Assembly (NCBI GenBank): GCA_963719495.1
Contig: CAVRCI010000013.1
Location: 64,001 to 128,000, forward strand
Direction: 5' to 3'
Length of the DNA stretch: 64,000 nucleotides
Source: an uncultured Verrucomicrobiae bacterium
Lineage (GTDB): Bacteria; Verrucomicrobiota; Verrucomicrobiia; Chthoniobacterales; JAATET01
The notes under the pieces were generated by a model, which saw nothing but the letters and a program-made list of their open reading frames with translations, had not been told where the DNA came from and did no database searches. The first letter of the stretch is position 1; each line of letters opens with the position of its first letter. Both the position numbers and the translations under genes were made by a program. This document shows, piece by piece, positions 9,212 to 19,207 of the stretch.

Positions 9212-10518
9212 TTCCCGATGCAGAACGAACTGAAGATTTTGCCGAGAATATCCTCCGAATCGACGCGACCGACAACCTCGCCGACGGCTTCGAGGGCGTC
9301 GCGCAGGTCGAGGGAGACGAATTCCGGATCGGTCCCGGCGGTCAGCGCCGCGTCGGCGGCGCCGAGCGAATCCGCCGCCCGCTGGAGGCAAGCCTGGTGC
9401 CGGGCGTTGATCGCGGCGAGCGACCCGCGCTCCCGCTCGGGAGCGACCCGGGCGACGAGCGCGGCGACGAGTCGGTCGATCCCCTCGCCGGTCGCGCAGG
9501 AGATGCGGAGCACGTCGTCGGTCGCCGGGGCGAGGTCGGATTTGTTGAAAACGAGGATCTCGTCCGGCGCGGCGGGCGCGTCGTCGAGGCCTTCGCTCGC
9601 CGCGGCGTCGATCACGCGGAGGACGACGTCGGCTCCGGCGATGGCGCGGCGGGCACGCTCGACGCCCTGGATTTCGATCTCGTCCGCCGTCTCGCGCAAC
9701 CCGGCGGTGTCGACGACGCGAAACGGGATGCCGCGCAGCGCGATGAGCTCTTCGATGGTGTCGCGGGTCGTGCCGGCAGTCGGGCTGACGATGGCTCGTT
9801 CGAATCCGAGGAGGCGGTTGAGCAGGCTGGACTTCCCGGCGTTCGGTCGTCCGCAGATCGCGAGCCGCACCCCTTCGCGGAGGATCCGCCCCTCGTCCGC
9901 CGTCGCGAGGAGTTGCAAAACTTTGGTGCGGCCGTCACGAAGTTTGGTAAGGAGGAGGTCGCCGGTGGCGGGGTCGATGCCTTCTTCGGGGAAGTCGATG
10001 TGGGCTTCGATGTGCGCAATCAGGTCGACGAGGTGATCGCGGATCTCGTGGATGGCGGTGCCGATGCGGCCTTCGAGTTGCTCGGCGGCGGCGCGGGCGG
10101 CGCGGGGGGTTTGGGCGCGGATGAGGTCCATCACGGCTTCGGCCTGCGTGAGGTCGAGCTTGCCGTTCAGAAAGGCGCGCTGCGTGAACTCGCCGGGTCC
10201 GGCGGCGGTCGCCCCGGCTTCGAGCGCGGTTTGCAGCACGCGCGCGGCGACGAGGATGCCGCCATGGCAGGCGATCTCGGCAACGTCTTCGCCGGTGTAA
10301 CTCGCCGGGCCCGCGTAGGTCGTGACGACGACCTGGTCGACGGTCTCGCCGGCGCGGTCGACGATCCGTCCGTAGGTGGCGGTCCGCGGCGACGGGGCGG
10401 TCGGGCTTTTGAAAATGGCCGCGATCACCGCCGACGCGGCGCTCCCCGTGATCCGGATGAGCGCGATCGCGCCTTCGCCGGGGGGCGTGGAGAGCGCGGC
10501 GATCGTGGGTTCGGACAC
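9208..10518 (-). CDS. mnmE: tRNA uridine-5-carboxymethylaminomethyl synthesis GTPase
   Basis: TIAALSTPPGEGAI, SYTGED, GEFTQRAFLNGK, GRPNAGKSS, DTAGLR and C-terminal FCIGK. Confidence 0.97.
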   Translation of the reverse strand: MSEPTIAALSTPPGEGAIALIRITGSAASAVIAAIFKSPTAPSPRTATYGRIVDRAGETVDQVVVTTYAGPASYTGEDVAEIACHGGILVAARVLQTALEAGATAAGPGEFTQRAFLNGKLDLTQAEAVMDLIRAQTPRAARAAAEQLEGRIGTAIHEIRDHLVDLIAHIEAHIDFPEEGIDPATGDLLLTKLRDGRTKVLQLLATADEGRILREGVRLAICGRPNAGKSSLLNRLLGFERAIVSPTAGTTRDTIEELIALRGIPFRVVDTAGLRETADEIEIQGVERARRAIAGADVVLRVIDAAASEGLDDAPAAPDEILVFNKSDLAPATDDVLRISCATGEGIDRLVAALVARVAPERERGSLAAINARHQACLQRAADSLGAADAALTAGTDPEFVSLDLRDALEAVGEVVGRVDSEDILGKIFSSFCIGK

Positions 10519-10533
10519 GCCGACAGGTAACCG

Positions 10534-11454
10534 TCAGCGGAGGGCCGGGCGCAAGTGCTTCCGGCGGACGAGGCCGATTCCGAGGGCGGCGGCGAGCAGA
10601 AGAACCACGGTCCGCGGCTCCGGGACGACGGTCAGCTGGTAACCGTCGGCGGCGAGCAGGGCGTTCACTTGATTGGTGTAGAAGGGGACGGAGGTGTCGT
10701 AGCTCGTGTAGGTCGTGAAGCCGAGGGTGCCGACGGAGCCGAGCGCACCGTGGACCCCGGCGAGCGCGAGGCGGCCGCTTTCGATGAGAAACGTCGGGCT
10801 CCCGGAGTCGCCGCCCTCGACGCGGGCGTCGTTCGCCGCGCCGAAGGGTCGGTAAACGGTCGAGAAGGTGCGGCTGGGGTTAAGCCCGCTGCCGGCCGTC
10901 GCAGGATCACTGCCGAAATCCTGAAAAGCCGTGATCCGGCTCGTGCCGACCTTCGCGGCATTTCCGTAGAGGTAGGCGGTCGAGCCGATCTGCATCGCCT
11001 CGGGCAGACTCGTGATCGACAGAAAATTCACCCGGTCCTCCGGCGCGATCGGAGCGCTCAGCCGACCCAGAAACAGATCCGAAGCCTGCCCCTGCGCGTT
11101 GCCCACGACAGCGCCGCCCTCGACCGTGTAGCTTTTCTTCACGCCCAACGAGTTGACGAAGTCGATCGTGCCGCCGGGGCCAATCCCGAAGTGGGCCGCT
11201 CCGACGAAATGCTGCGGCGTGACCAGCGCGAAACTCTGGCCCGGGTTCGCGGCGTTCCACCCGATCCCGGAGAGATCGAAACCGGCGAGCAGGAAATTTG
11301 GGCTTGGGTTGGCGACCGGCGCCAAGGCGTAACCCGAGGCGAAGCGATTGTGCGTCGCCGCGTCGGGCGTCCGGATCACGAGCGCGTCGGCGGCCCAAGG
11401 AAAACCGACCAGACATCCCGCAAGAACGAATTTTAAGACAGCCTTTGATCGCAC
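10534..11454 (-). CDS. Secreted trypsin-like serine protease with PEP-CTERM sorting signal
   Basis: Signal peptide, AAHF (His), SDLFLG (Asp), GGDSGSP (Ser) and C-terminal VPEP + TM + RRKH. Start (GTG 11454) is an estimate. Confidence 0.8.
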   Translation of the reverse strand: MRSKAVLKFVLAGCLVGFPWAADALVIRTPDAATHNRFASGYALAPVANPSPNFLLAGFDLSGIGWNAANPGQSFALVTPQHFVGAAHFGIGPGGTIDFVNSLGVKKSYTVEGGAVVGNAQGQASDLFLGRLSAPIAPEDRVNFLSITSLPEAMQIGSTAYLYGNAAKVGTSRITAFQDFGSDPATAGSGLNPSRTFSTVYRPFGAANDARVEGGDSGSPTFLIESGRLALAGVHGALGSVGTLGFTTYTSYDTSVPFYTNQVNALLAADGYQLTVVPEPRTVVLLLAAALGIGLVRRKHLRPALR

Positions 11455-11572
11455 AACTCGGTTGTGCGTCCGGAGCGGGCCAACGGTGCGGCGGTTTTTT
11501 GCCAGGTGACAAAATCGCCATATCCCGAGGATCGCATTGTCGAGCCGTGCCCGGCGGCGTTTCATCCCTTCC

Positions 11573-13036
11573 ATGCAAGCGCCCACATCGGACGACGCAC
11601 CGCGCACCGCGCAGGAATACATCGACGAGACGCCCCGGTGGCCCGACGGCACCGCCGTCGCGGAGGCCCCAATGACGTCGATGCAGTGGCGGATCTGGGG
11701 ACTCGCCACGGCGGGGAAATTTTTCGAAGGCCTCGTGGTGTTCATGACGGGCGTCGCCCTCCCGTTGATCTCGCTCGAGTTCGGCCTCTCGGCAAGCGAC
11801 AAGGGATTCGTCGGCGCGGCTTCGCTGGCAGGCATTCTGGTCGGAGCCTCGGCGTTGGGCGGCCTCGCGGACCACTTTGGTCGGAAGGCGATGTTCATCG
11901 TCGAGATGGCGATCTTCGTGGTCTTTCTGGTGCTGGTCGCGTTCGCGCCGACGTTCCCATTGCTCGTCATCTGCCTCTTCGGGATGGGCGTCGCGCTGGG
12001 TTGCGATTACCCGACAGCGCACCTCGTGATCTCGGAGAGCATCCCGAGTCAATTCCGCGGTCGCCTCGTGCTCGCGGCGTTTGGATTCCAAGCCGTCGGC
12101 GCGCTCGTCGGCACGGTGGTCGGGTTCCTCATCCTGCACTCGAGCGAATCCCTCGCCGACTGGCGGTTCATGTATGCGACGGCCATTCTCCCCGCGGCGC
12201 TCGTGCTGATCGGTCGATTCTTCGTCTGCAACAGCGGGGCCTGGCTCGTCGCGAAGGGCCGCATCCCCGAGGCGGAACACGAGACCGCCCGCCTCCTGCA
12301 GCGCCTCCCCGCCTACCCGCAGAGCATCCAGCTCCGCGACCCGCACGCCCACGTCGACGCCGCGGATCGCAAGCCGAGTTACCTCCGGCTTTTCAGCAAA
12401 GAAAACCGCCGCGCCACGATCCTGGCGTCCGTCCCGTGGTTCCTTCAGGACCTCGGCACCTACGGCATCGGGATTTTCACGCCGACGATCCTGGCCACCG
12501 CCATCGGCGCTCGCAACGAGCACGAGCGCAACCTCGCCGACGTCATCCACAACGACATGCTCGGCGCCAAGGGCGCGGCGCTCATCGACATCCTGCTCAT
12601 CGTCGGCATCGTCGCGGCGGTCGTCCTCGCGGACCGCGTCGGCCGGATCAAACTCCAGGTCGGCGGTTTCATCGGCTGCGCCGCGGGCCTCTTCATCGCC
12701 GCGCTCTCCGTGCAATTCTCGGGCGCGACCGCGACGGCGCTCATCTTCGTCGGATTCATGCTCTTCAATTTCATGACGAACCTCGGCCCCAACGCCATGA
12801 CCTACCTCCTCGCCGGCGAAGTCTTCCCGACGCGCAATCGCGGCACCGGTGCCGGCTTCGCGGCCTCATTCGCAAAGATCGGCGCGGTCACCACGGCGTT
12901 CCTTTTCCCGATTCTGCTCCACCAGATCGGGACAGCGCCCCTGCTCTACGTCCTCGTCGGCACGTCGCTCCTCGGTGCCTACGTCACGTGGCGCTTCCGG
13001 ATCGAGACGACCGGAGTGAACTTGGAAAAAATCTGA
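11573..13036 (+). CDS. MFS transporter (sugar porter/metabolite type)
   Basis: GGLADHFGRK and LADRVGR loop motifs, EVFPT, about 12 hydrophobic segments. Confidence 0.92.
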   Translation: MQAPTSDDAPRTAQEYIDETPRWPDGTAVAEAPMTSMQWRIWGLATAGKFFEGLVVFMTGVALPLISLEFGLSASDKGFVGAASLAGILVGASALGGLADHFGRKAMFIVEMAIFVVFLVLVAFAPTFPLLVICLFGMGVALGCDYPTAHLVISESIPSQFRGRLVLAAFGFQAVGALVGTVVGFLILHSSESLADWRFMYATAILPAALVLIGRFFVCNSGAWLVAKGRIPEAEHETARLLQRLPAYPQSIQLRDPHAHVDAADRKPSYLRLFSKENRRATILASVPWFLQDLGTYGIGIFTPTILATAIGARNEHERNLADVIHNDMLGAKGAALIDILLIVGIVAAVVLADRVGRIKLQVGGFIGCAAGLFIAALSVQFSGATATALIFVGFMLFNFMTNLGPNAMTYLLAGEVFPTRNRGTGAGFAASFAKIGAVTTAFLFPILLHQIGTAPLLYVLVGTSLLGAYVTWRFRIETTGVNLEKI

Positions 13037-13097
13037 CCCGCCCCGCGCGAACGCGCCCGGAATTGCAATTCCCGCCCGCCGCGTGTCTGCTCCCATC

Positions 13098-13841
13098 ATG
13101 AATCCGTCGCTCCCCCCGCTCGTCGCCGTCCTCCTCCTCGTCCCCATGCTCGCGGCTGACGCCCGGCCCCGGCAACTCCGCGGCCGGCCATCCGGATCCT
13201 TCAACGTCGACCGTCAGACCGCCGATGGCGGCTCGATCGACGCGAGCGGATCGCGAGTCGGGCGATTTGGTCAGAGCAACGTCGACATCGACGGAGCCGA
13301 CGGTGGGACCTACGACGCCGACCGCCAGCGCGCAGGACGTTTCAGCTCGTCGAACGTGAGCGCCGAAGGTCCCGACGGAGCCTCCTACGATGCCGACACG
13401 ACCCGGGCCGGACGTTTCCGCTCGGGCAGCGTCGACGCGCAAGGTCCCGACGGCGGCTCCGTCTCGGCCAGCGGCGCGAGCGTCGCGCCCTACCGGGCCG
13501 CCCCCTTCCGCCAGGGCTACGTCTACACCGGCGGCGGCTACCGGGCGGCCAGCATCACGGTAAACACCCTCTACGTCGCTCCCGTCGGCGTCTACGCGGG
13601 CTGGAACGTCTTCGTCAAACCGGTCTACGTCGGTTACCCGGCCTTCGCCACCCTCCCGGTCGAAGTGTCGGTCCAAGTCGAACTGACCGACCGCGGCGAT
13701 TACAACGGCCCCATCGACGGCGACGTCGGCCCGGTCACCGAAGCGGCGATTTCCAAATACCAATCCGAGAACGGCCTCGCCGTCACCGGCACGATCAACC
13801 AGGCCCTCCTCGTGTCGCTCGGGATCTCCGACGCGGCCTGA
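13098..13841 (+). CDS. Secreted protein with 25-aa tandem repeats and C-terminal peptidoglycan-binding domain
   Basis: Signal peptide; NVxxxGxDGxxxDAxxxRxGRF repeats; PG_binding_1-like GPIDGDVGPVTEAAISKYQSENGLAVTG. Confidence 0.8.
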   Translation: MNPSLPPLVAVLLLVPMLAADARPRQLRGRPSGSFNVDRQTADGGSIDASGSRVGRFGQSNVDIDGADGGTYDADRQRAGRFSSSNVSAEGPDGASYDADTTRAGRFRSGSVDAQGPDGGSVSASGASVAPYRAAPFRQGYVYTGGGYRAASITVNTLYVAPVGVYAGWNVFVKPVYVGYPAFATLPVEVSVQVELTDRGDYNGPIDGDVGPVTEAAISKYQSENGLAVTGTINQALLVSLGISDAA

Positions 13842-13878
13842 CTCCCGCCGAGCCCCTCGTCGGATCCGCCCACCGCCC

Positions 13879-15300
13879 GTGCCGCCTTCCGCTCCCGCAC
13901 CCCGCCTCCCGGCCCGCGTCCGCCTGGCCTACGGCGCGGGCGAACTCGGCCCCGCCATGGCCGGGAGCACGATGGTTTTTTTCCAGCTCGTCTTCCTGAC
14001 GAACGTCGCCGGCCTCGGCGCGGGCTACGCGGGCAGCGTCCTGCTCATCGGCAAACTCTGGGACGCTTTCAACGACCCGCTCATCGGTTGGCTCAGCGAC
14101 CGCACGCGGAGCCGTTGGGGCCGACGGCTGCCGTGGATGGCACTCAGCGCGGTGCCGTTCGCGTTGTTTTTCGTCCTGCTCTGGATCGTCCCCGGGTTCG
14201 TCGGCGGCGAGAATCAACTCGCCCTCTTCGCGTATTACACCGTCGTCGCCGTCCTCTACAACACGTGCTACACCGCCCTCGCCCTGCCCCACTCCTCCCT
14301 CACGGCCGAACTCTCGAGCGACTACGACGAGCGCTCCCGCATCACCGGATATCGCATGGCCTTCTCGCTCGGCGGCAGCGTCGGCGGATTGCTCGTCGCC
14401 CAGATCGTCTTCGGCCTCCTCGCGGACGCCAACCCGACCACCCAATACCTCGTCTTCGCGCTCGCCATCGCGGTGATCTCGCTCAGTGCCGTCGCCGCCT
14501 GCGTGGCGGGAATCTCGCGCTGGGTCGTCGCCGCCGACCAGAACCGCGTCGCCCGCGCGCTGCCGGAGCCCGCGCTGTCGGCCGGCGAGCAATTCCGCGT
14601 CATTTTCGCGAATCGCCCCTTCCTCATCGTCTGCGGGATCTACCTCTTCTCGTGGCTCGCGATGCAATTCACCGCCGCGGTCCTACCCCTCTACGTGGTG
14701 AGCGTGATGGGCCTGCCCACCAGCCGCTTCCCCCTTCTCGCCCTCGCCGTCCAAGGCACCGCGCTGCTCCTCATCCCCTTCTGGGGTTGGGTCAGCATCC
14801 GCATTGGCAAAAAACCCGTCTACTTCATCGGCATGCTCTTCTGGCTGGCTGCCCAGGCCGGTCTCGTCTTTCTGCCCATCGGCAGCGAAGCCATTCTCTT
14901 CGCCATGGGCATCGCCGCCGGGGTCGGCATCTCCGTCTGCTACCTCGTTCCCAACGCGATGCTCCCCGACACGATCGAATACGACGAACTCCGCACCGGC
15001 CGCCGCCGCGAAGGCGTTTACTACGGCTTCTTTGTCTTCATGCAAAAACTTGCCCTCGCCCTGGGCACCTTCATCCTGGGCCAGGCGCTCGCCTTCTCCG
15101 GCTACCTCTCCAGCGGCCCCGGCCAGCCCGTCCCCGTCCAGCCCGACAGCGCCCTCACCGCCATCCGCATCGCCATCGGCCCCCTCCCCGCCGCCGCCCT
15201 TCTGGTCGGCATCCTCCTCACCTGGCTCTACCCGATCACGAAAACCCGCCACGCCGAGACCCTCGCCGAACTCGCCCGCCGCCGCGACCCCGCCGCGTAA
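13879..15300 (+). CDS. Glycoside-pentoside-hexuronide (MelB-like) MFS symporter
   Basis: WDAFNDPLIGWLSDRTRSRWGRRLPW, ELSSDYDERSRIT and DTIEYDELRTGRRREGVYYG motifs. Confidence 0.93.
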   Translation: MPPSAPAPRLPARVRLAYGAGELGPAMAGSTMVFFQLVFLTNVAGLGAGYAGSVLLIGKLWDAFNDPLIGWLSDRTRSRWGRRLPWMALSAVPFALFFVLLWIVPGFVGGENQLALFAYYTVVAVLYNTCYTALALPHSSLTAELSSDYDERSRITGYRMAFSLGGSVGGLLVAQIVFGLLADANPTTQYLVFALAIAVISLSAVAACVAGISRWVVAADQNRVARALPEPALSAGEQFRVIFANRPFLIVCGIYLFSWLAMQFTAAVLPLYVVSVMGLPTSRFPLLALAVQGTALLLIPFWGWVSIRIGKKPVYFIGMLFWLAAQAGLVFLPIGSEAILFAMGIAAGVGISVCYLVPNAMLPDTIEYDELRTGRRREGVYYGFFVFMQKLALALGTFILGQALAFSGYLSSGPGQPVPVQPDSALTAIRIAIGPLPAAALLVGILLTWLYPITKTRHAETLAELARRRDPAA

Positions 15301-15354
15301 CCGAAAAGAGCCGACCGCTCCGTCCCGCGCACATTTCCCGCGACCCGCGAGCAT

Positions 15355-15390
15355 TCCTCCGTGTCCATCCGACTCCATCCGTGGTTCCGT
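15355..15390. repeat. ATCCGTG-type short-period repeat
   Basis: TCCGTGTCCATCCGACTCCATCCGTGGTTCC; near-identical copy at 46437-46468. Confidence 0.7.
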
Positions 15391-15404
15391 ATTGAATCGC
15401 TACC

Positions 15405-16493
15405 TTGAGCCAACCCACCCGCCTCACCCAGATCCGGCTCGCCGACTTCCGCTGCTTCGAGCGCCTCACCTTCGAGCCCGCCCCCGGCACGAACTTCATC
15501 GTCGGCGCCAACGCCCAGGGCAAGACCGCCATCCTCGAAGCCGTCTGCGTCGCCACCCGCCTGCAATCCCCCCGCACCCACTCGCTCGCCGATTGCGTTC
15601 GCGTCGGCCAACCCGGGTTCGGCCTCACCGCCGACGTCGCCGACACCCACTTGCAGGTCCGCCTCGAACCCCCGAAGCGCACCCTCCGCGTCAACGCCGT
15701 CGACCAACCCCGCCCCGCCGAATACCTGCGAACCGCCCGCGTCGCCTGGTTCTCCAACGACGACCTCGAGATCGTCCGCGGATCCGCCGCCCGCCGCCGC
15801 CGCGCCCTCGACTTTCTCTGCAGCCAACTCGATCCCGGCTACCTTCGCGCCCTCCGCCGCTTCGACCGCGCCCTCCGCTCCCGCAACGCCCTCCTCCGCG
15901 AGCACCGCCCCCGACCCGAGATCGACGCCTTCGATCCCGAACTCATCGAAAATGGCGACCACGTCTCCGCGATCCGCGCCGAAGCCGCCACCGCCCTCGC
16001 TCCCCTCATCGCCACCGCCGTCCACGACATCGGCGGCACCACCGAGACCGTCGTCACCCGCTACGCTCCCGGCACCCCCGCCCCACTCGCCACCGCTCTG
16101 CCCGAATCCCGCGACCGCGAGACCCGACTCCGGCAAACCGTCGTCGGCCCCCACCGCGACGACCTCACCCTCGAACTCAACGGCCTCGACGCGGCCGACT
16201 TCGCCTCCGAAGGCCAGCAACGGACCCTCGCAATCGCCCTCAAGCTCGCTCAAACCCGACTCCTCGTCACCCGCACCGGCGCCACGCCCCTCCTCCTCAT
16301 CGACGACGTCTTCGGCGAACTCGACGTCACCCGCCGCACGAATCTCCTCACCCACCTCCCACCCGACTCCCAACGCCTCATCACCACCACCCACCTCGGC
16401 TGGCTCGACCCCTCCGCCGAAGGCACGATTCACCGTCTCGATCAGCGGGCGCTGACCCTTGATTCCCGCCCGCCATCTGCAGATTCCCCTTGA
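15405..16493 (+). CDS. recF: DNA replication/repair protein RecF
   Basis: DFRCF, GANAQGKT, GPHRDD, SEGQQRT and LLLIDDVFGELD. Confidence 0.95.
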   Translation: MSQPTRLTQIRLADFRCFERLTFEPAPGTNFIVGANAQGKTAILEAVCVATRLQSPRTHSLADCVRVGQPGFGLTADVADTHLQVRLEPPKRTLRVNAVDQPRPAEYLRTARVAWFSNDDLEIVRGSAARRRRALDFLCSQLDPGYLRALRRFDRALRSRNALLREHRPRPEIDAFDPELIENGDHVSAIRAEAATALAPLIATAVHDIGGTTETVVTRYAPGTPAPLATALPESRDRETRLRQTVVGPHRDDLTLELNGLDAADFASEGQQRTLAIALKLAQTRLLVTRTGATPLLLIDDVFGELDVTRRTNLLTHLPPDSQRLITTTHLGWLDPSAEGTIHRLDQRALTLDSRPPSADSP

Positions 16494-16542
16494 GAACCCC
16501 GGTTTTCAGTGGTTGATTAGAGAAAGTTTCCCCGACCAGATT

Positions 16543-17640
16543 ATGCTAACTCCCCGTATCCTGCGCTCGCCCATCCCGATCCTTTGCGCGATCGCGACTT
16601 CAGTCGGACCGCTCATCGGAGCGGAATTCACCACCACCCCCGTGGGATTCAACAAAGTCGAATGCCTCGGCGGGGCCGACACCACGGTCTCCGTCCCCTT
16701 CGTCCGCCAGCCATCGCTCGAGGCGAAGGTCCAGAGCGCAACCGCACCAGCCGCCAACCGCGTCCAACTCGAGGTCGCTGGCAACACGACCTGGACCGGC
16801 GACCAATACGCCGGCACCCACTACGTCCGCTTCATCACTGGCAACCGAGCCGGCCAGTGGTATGACGTCGTCAACAACGGGTCCAACACCCTCATGCTCG
16901 ACACCGCCGGCGACGCCCTCGCCGCCAACGTCACCGCCAACGACCGCTTCCTCCTCGCCCCCCACTGGACGCTCGATTCCCTCTTTCCACCAGCGGATCA
17001 AAACAACGGCCCCGGCTCCGTCATCCACCGCTCCCCCAGCCACAACCAACCCGACCGCCGATCGGAAGTTCAGCTCCCCAACCTCGCCATCGGCACCAAC
17101 CTCCCCGCCGGACCCATCTATTACCTCGTCGCCAACGGCTGGCGCGAAGAAGTCACCGGCAGCACCGTCGAAGCAGGCGGCACGGTCATCCCGCCGAACA
17201 GCAGCTTCATCATCCGCCACTACCCCGGCCACGCCACGACCACCTTCGCCCCCACCGGCTCCGTCCTCATGGGACCGGATGTCGTGACGCTCGCGACAAA
17301 TGCGGACAGCCGCCAAGATAACGAAGTCGCAATCACTCGTCCTGTTCCGGTGACGCTCGCGGACTCAGGCTTGGAGACTGGATTCGTGGAAAGCATTGGT
17401 CACTTACCTTTTCAAAAAAGAGATACCGTCCTGACCTTCGATCCAACGCAATACAAGGGTGAGGTCAACTCTGCCACCTACTACCGCCTCGGCGGAAACT
17501 GGTATCGAGACGACGGCCTAAGGGCTGCCAACCCAGTTGCCAATGAAGCAATCGTCTTCTCAGCGGGGAACGGTGTAGTCGTGAGGAAATACGCCTCTAC
17601 GGGCAACTCTGTCGTCTGGACGAATCTGCCAACTTACTGA
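16543..17640 (+). CDS. TIGR02597-like verrucomicrobial exported protein
   Basis: Signal peptide, then TTPVGF...DTTVSVPFVR, HWTLDSLFP and RQDN...PVPVTL motifs that I recognise from this family. Confidence 0.75.
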   Translation: MLTPRILRSPIPILCAIATSVGPLIGAEFTTTPVGFNKVECLGGADTTVSVPFVRQPSLEAKVQSATAPAANRVQLEVAGNTTWTGDQYAGTHYVRFITGNRAGQWYDVVNNGSNTLMLDTAGDALAANVTANDRFLLAPHWTLDSLFPPADQNNGPGSVIHRSPSHNQPDRRSEVQLPNLAIGTNLPAGPIYYLVANGWREEVTGSTVEAGGTVIPPNSSFIIRHYPGHATTTFAPTGSVLMGPDVVTLATNADSRQDNEVAITRPVPVTLADSGLETGFVESIGHLPFQKRDTVLTFDPTQYKGEVNSATYYRLGGNWYRDDGLRAANPVANEAIVFSAGNGVVVRKYASTGNSVVWTNLPTY

Positions 17641-17649
17641 GGATTTTAG

Positions 17650-18306
17650 ATGCCAATCAAATCCTTCATCGTTCTCCCGGCGGCGCTCTTACTGGCTTCC
17701 GTCGGCTCACTAAGCGCCTCGGCGTTTAATCTTGAGGCGTCGATAGGCGGCTCAAACACAGCGTTTCCAACAGGATCTTACGGTTTTCTGGTCGCCGACA
17801 CGGCTGGGGACGGCTTCGAGTTTCTGTCCGATACCGCTCTCCTCCTTCAGAGCCGAAACGCGAGCGTCGGAGATCTGATCGGAGGCAACGATGTTGTTTT
17901 CAGCGTCAATCTCCTACTCCAAGACTTTGGATCGGCTCAAAACGGTTTTGTGCTATCGCTCACAAATTTTAATACCCAAGCGATCAATTTACAGTGGGAC
18001 GCGGGAGACCAATTCGGTTTGGTTTGGCTGCAGGGCAATACGAGTGATGCTGGTGACTCATTCGGTTTTTTCCGCAGCAACAGCGCGGGATCAGGAACAA
18101 TCGGATTCTCAACCCCGGCTACCGGTCCTGATCAGACGGTGACCAATCTCGCACAAGGCATCTCCGGAGGCAGCACTCCCGTCGGCGACTACACGCTGAA
18201 CAACGGCACCATCGCCGCCATTCCGGAGCCAGCGACGATCCTCCTGATCGGGTTCGCTCCGATCCTTCTGCGTCTCCTCCGCTCCGCCCGCGCCCGCCGG
18301 GCGTAG
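17650..18306 (+). CDS. PEP-CTERM sorting domain protein
   Basis: Signal peptide; C-terminal AIPEPATILLIG...RSARARR. Confidence 0.88.
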   Translation: MPIKSFIVLPAALLLASVGSLSASAFNLEASIGGSNTAFPTGSYGFLVADTAGDGFEFLSDTALLLQSRNASVGDLIGGNDVVFSVNLLLQDFGSAQNGFVLSLTNFNTQAINLQWDAGDQFGLVWLQGNTSDAGDSFGFFRSNSAGSGTIGFSTPATGPDQTVTNLAQGISGGSTPVGDYTLNNGTIAAIPEPATILLIGFAPILLRLLRSARARRA

Positions 18307-18352
18307 CCCGACATTCCGGGGGAAACCACGCATCCTTCCTGTCGGGTCGGGC
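18303..18352 (+). repeat. GTAG-type REP-like hairpin starting on the stop codon
   Basis: GTAGCCCGACA...TGTCGGG imperfect palindrome whose TAG is the PEP-CTERM gene stop. Confidence 0.5.
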
Positions 18353-18417
18353 ATCCCGCCCGCCCCCAGTCACCGACTCGCGAAGCGACACAACCCGCCA
18401 CCCAACCCACCGCGGAT

Positions 18418-19140
18418 TTGACATTCCGCCCCCCCGCCCCGAAAACCTTCCGCGTCGTGCCAGTCGCCGAAGCCACCCCCTCCACCCGCGAGATTGCCCA
18501 TCGGATCGCCGACCGCTTCCCCCGCTCGCCCGCCCTCCGCGGCTACGTCCGCGGCAAGATCCGCATCGATCCCGTCTACGAAGCCGTCGCCCAACTCGTG
18601 CTCGCGGACCCCACTCCCATCCTCGACCTCGGGTGCGGCCTCGGACTCTTGAGCTACTATCTCCGCGAACGAGGCTTCGACCAACCGATCCACGGGATCG
18701 ACACCGCCGTCCGCAAGATCGGTCACGCCCAGCGAGCCATCGGGACGACCCCCGGCCTCACTTTCGCCATCGCCGACGCCGCCGTGCCGCCACCCGTCGC
18801 TCCAACGACCCTCGCACTCGACATCCTCCACTATTTCGACGCAGAGCGCCAAATCGAGCTCCTGCGCCACCTCGCCAATTCCATCCCCCCCGGCGGGAGC
18901 GTCATCATCCGCAACGCACCCCGGGACCGCTCGAGTTGGCGCTACTGGCTCACGTTCCTCGAAGAAATCTGGGTCCGCGTCTCCCGTTGGATCATCGCCA
19001 AGGACCCCATCAATTTCCCCTCCATCGATGAAATCGTCGCCCCGTTCGAAGCCGCCGGCTGCACCGTCACGGTCAAACCCCTCTGGGGAAAAACCCCCTT
19101 CAACAGCCACCTCTTCATCTTCACCAAACCGGAGGCGTAA
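18418..19140 (+). CDS. Class I SAM-dependent methyltransferase
   Basis: ILDLGCGLG motif I, GID, DILHY. Start uncertain. Confidence 0.88.
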   Translation: MTFRPPAPKTFRVVPVAEATPSTREIAHRIADRFPRSPALRGYVRGKIRIDPVYEAVAQLVLADPTPILDLGCGLGLLSYYLRERGFDQPIHGIDTAVRKIGHAQRAIGTTPGLTFAIADAAVPPPVAPTTLALDILHYFDAERQIELLRHLANSIPPGGSVIIRNAPRDRSSWRYWLTFLEEIWVRVSRWIIAKDPINFPSIDEIVAPFEAAGCTVTVKPLWGKTPFNSHLFIFTKPEA

Positions 19141-19207
19141 AGCCCCCCGTATCCAGCCACCGCGAGAGGTTGCCCCGCCAGCCGTCCGCCGGTAACTTCG
19201 CGAAAGC

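Noticed and set aside
16524..16551. TTATGCTAACT resembling the XerD arm of a dif site, near a skew change
   Set aside because: The XerC arm does not match, and the motif overlaps a start codon.
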